Assembly (NCBI GenBank): GCA_951804945.1
Contig: OX638159.1
Coordinates: 48,608,001 to 48,672,000, forward strand
Reading direction: 5' to 3'
DNA length: 64,000 bases
Source: Podarcis cretensis
Lineage: Eukaryota
Part shown: positions 62,852-64,000 of the stretch, one piece after another
How the letters are laid out: the number at the start of each line of letters is the position of its first letter
How positions within the stretch are numbered: position 1 is the stretch's first letter
Notes under the pieces: generated by a model
The model's input: only the letters and a program-made list of their open reading frames with translations
Databases searched by the model: none
What the model was told of the DNA's origin: nothing
Program-made: the position numbers and the translations under genes

Positions 62852-64000
62852 AGAAAGATATTTGGATCTAGAGTAAGGGAGCTTCCTGAATGTGCTATTA
62901 TTGAGATGCATCTGCTCTGAGATTCTGGTCACTTCCAGATAACCTAGCATTCATTCTGATTTGTCTGCGGGGAGGTTAGACAATATTGTATCAAGCAAGT
63001 GTAACCCCACACTTTCCAGTGCCTTTTTTCCTGTCGCTTTTCTTATAGCAAAAAGTATGTTTTGTCTGGGTGGGAGAGTATACACTGTAGCACATGTGTA
63101 TGTATACACATTAACAAATAAAAATGTAAATGTATCCTGCAACATTTCTCTGATGGGGCAAAACATGAGCAGTGTCTCACCTAGGAGAAACCCCAGAAAA
63201 TGGGGACTGACTCTGATAAAAAGGGAGGTGGAATATATGGAAATTAGTTGATAAGTCCAATTTTGTTGAGGCAGAAAGTAACAAAGAAATATTCCCAAAA
63301 TTCTAAATGGTGAATAACAAAATCAAACATGTAGCCGTCAAAATCCAAAATTAAAATGCAACCAAGGTTGGATGAGGGAAGAATCACCAAATTTCTTACT
63401 GCCTCTGTTCCTGTGCCTTGAACAGCAAAAGGGCACTCAGATTTGGCAGGAAATTTTCTCCCATCACTTATCTCCATGCCAGAGGGGGCATTTCAACTGC
63501 TTCATTTCTGTTTATTGAGCTGAAAGCAGGGGGGGAAGGTCTTTAAATAAGTTAACAACTTAGGTACAGGTGGGAGTGGGGAAGGAGTCTACAGGGCAGA
63601 TCCAAAATGGGGTGGGGTGGGGGTAGAAGCTCATTTCTAAATGAGCTTCTACAAAAGTGGAAATGACCCAATCAGGCTGAAAGAAATATATCTGAATCAA
63701 TTTAAAGAAAAGAACACATTTTTGGGTGCATATAATCAGATTTTACTTTCCTAGGAGCACAGGTATAGAAGCTTTCTTTGCAGAGGCTTCAGATAGCCCC
63801 ACAACTCTCAGTAAACATATACTGCAAGTACCTGGTTGTCTCCTCAGGATGCAAAACCGGTGATTAGTCATCAGAAGGAATTGTTAAAGCCTTGCAGTTT
63901 TGTCACAACCTGGGGTGCCTTGATTGCCATCCTTTTAAATTGTTCCTGTTATTCTGCTGCTTTTTAACTCTATATGGAAAAGTCTCTAGCAAGGTGATAT

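Overview
Vertebrate genomic DNA from a squamate reptile, most likely a lacertid lizard, judged from Sauria (Squam1), Squam2-like and Squam3-like SINEs, young L2, CR1, Bov-B and hAT/Tigger MITEs. The window contains no host protein-coding exon that I can recognise. Its centre is a CpG island (~39.6-41.4 kb) holding the promoter and non-coding exon 1 of NIPBL (cohesin loader) on the minus strand (~41074 to donor at 40273). I recognised it from several blocks matching my recollection of the human NIPBL 5' UTR; this needs BLAST confirmation. Positions 1-40272 are NIPBL intron 1, with exon 2 and the ATG apparently left of the window. Positions above ~41.1 kb are upstream/divergent territory, where human has the lncRNA NIPBL-DT. 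Most notable: (1) an ATG-initiated uORF in exon 1 (MFAALRRRRKRSQPPSRPGL...) whose frame and basic peptide appear conserved with human; (2) two Sauria SINE insertions with 5'-inverted, twin-priming-like architecture, one with a 60-bp target duplication; (3) a very young hAT MITE carrying the telomeric G-quadruplex (GGGTTA)3GGG; (4) a hAT element with HSE-like palindromic subterminal arrays and two nested insertions; (5) a perfect 24-bp intronic hairpin; (6) a CGG plus GAA/GAG repeat block in the 5' UTR. Nearly all ORFs in the supplied track are spurious or TE-derived. I see no evidence of a novel multi-gene system.
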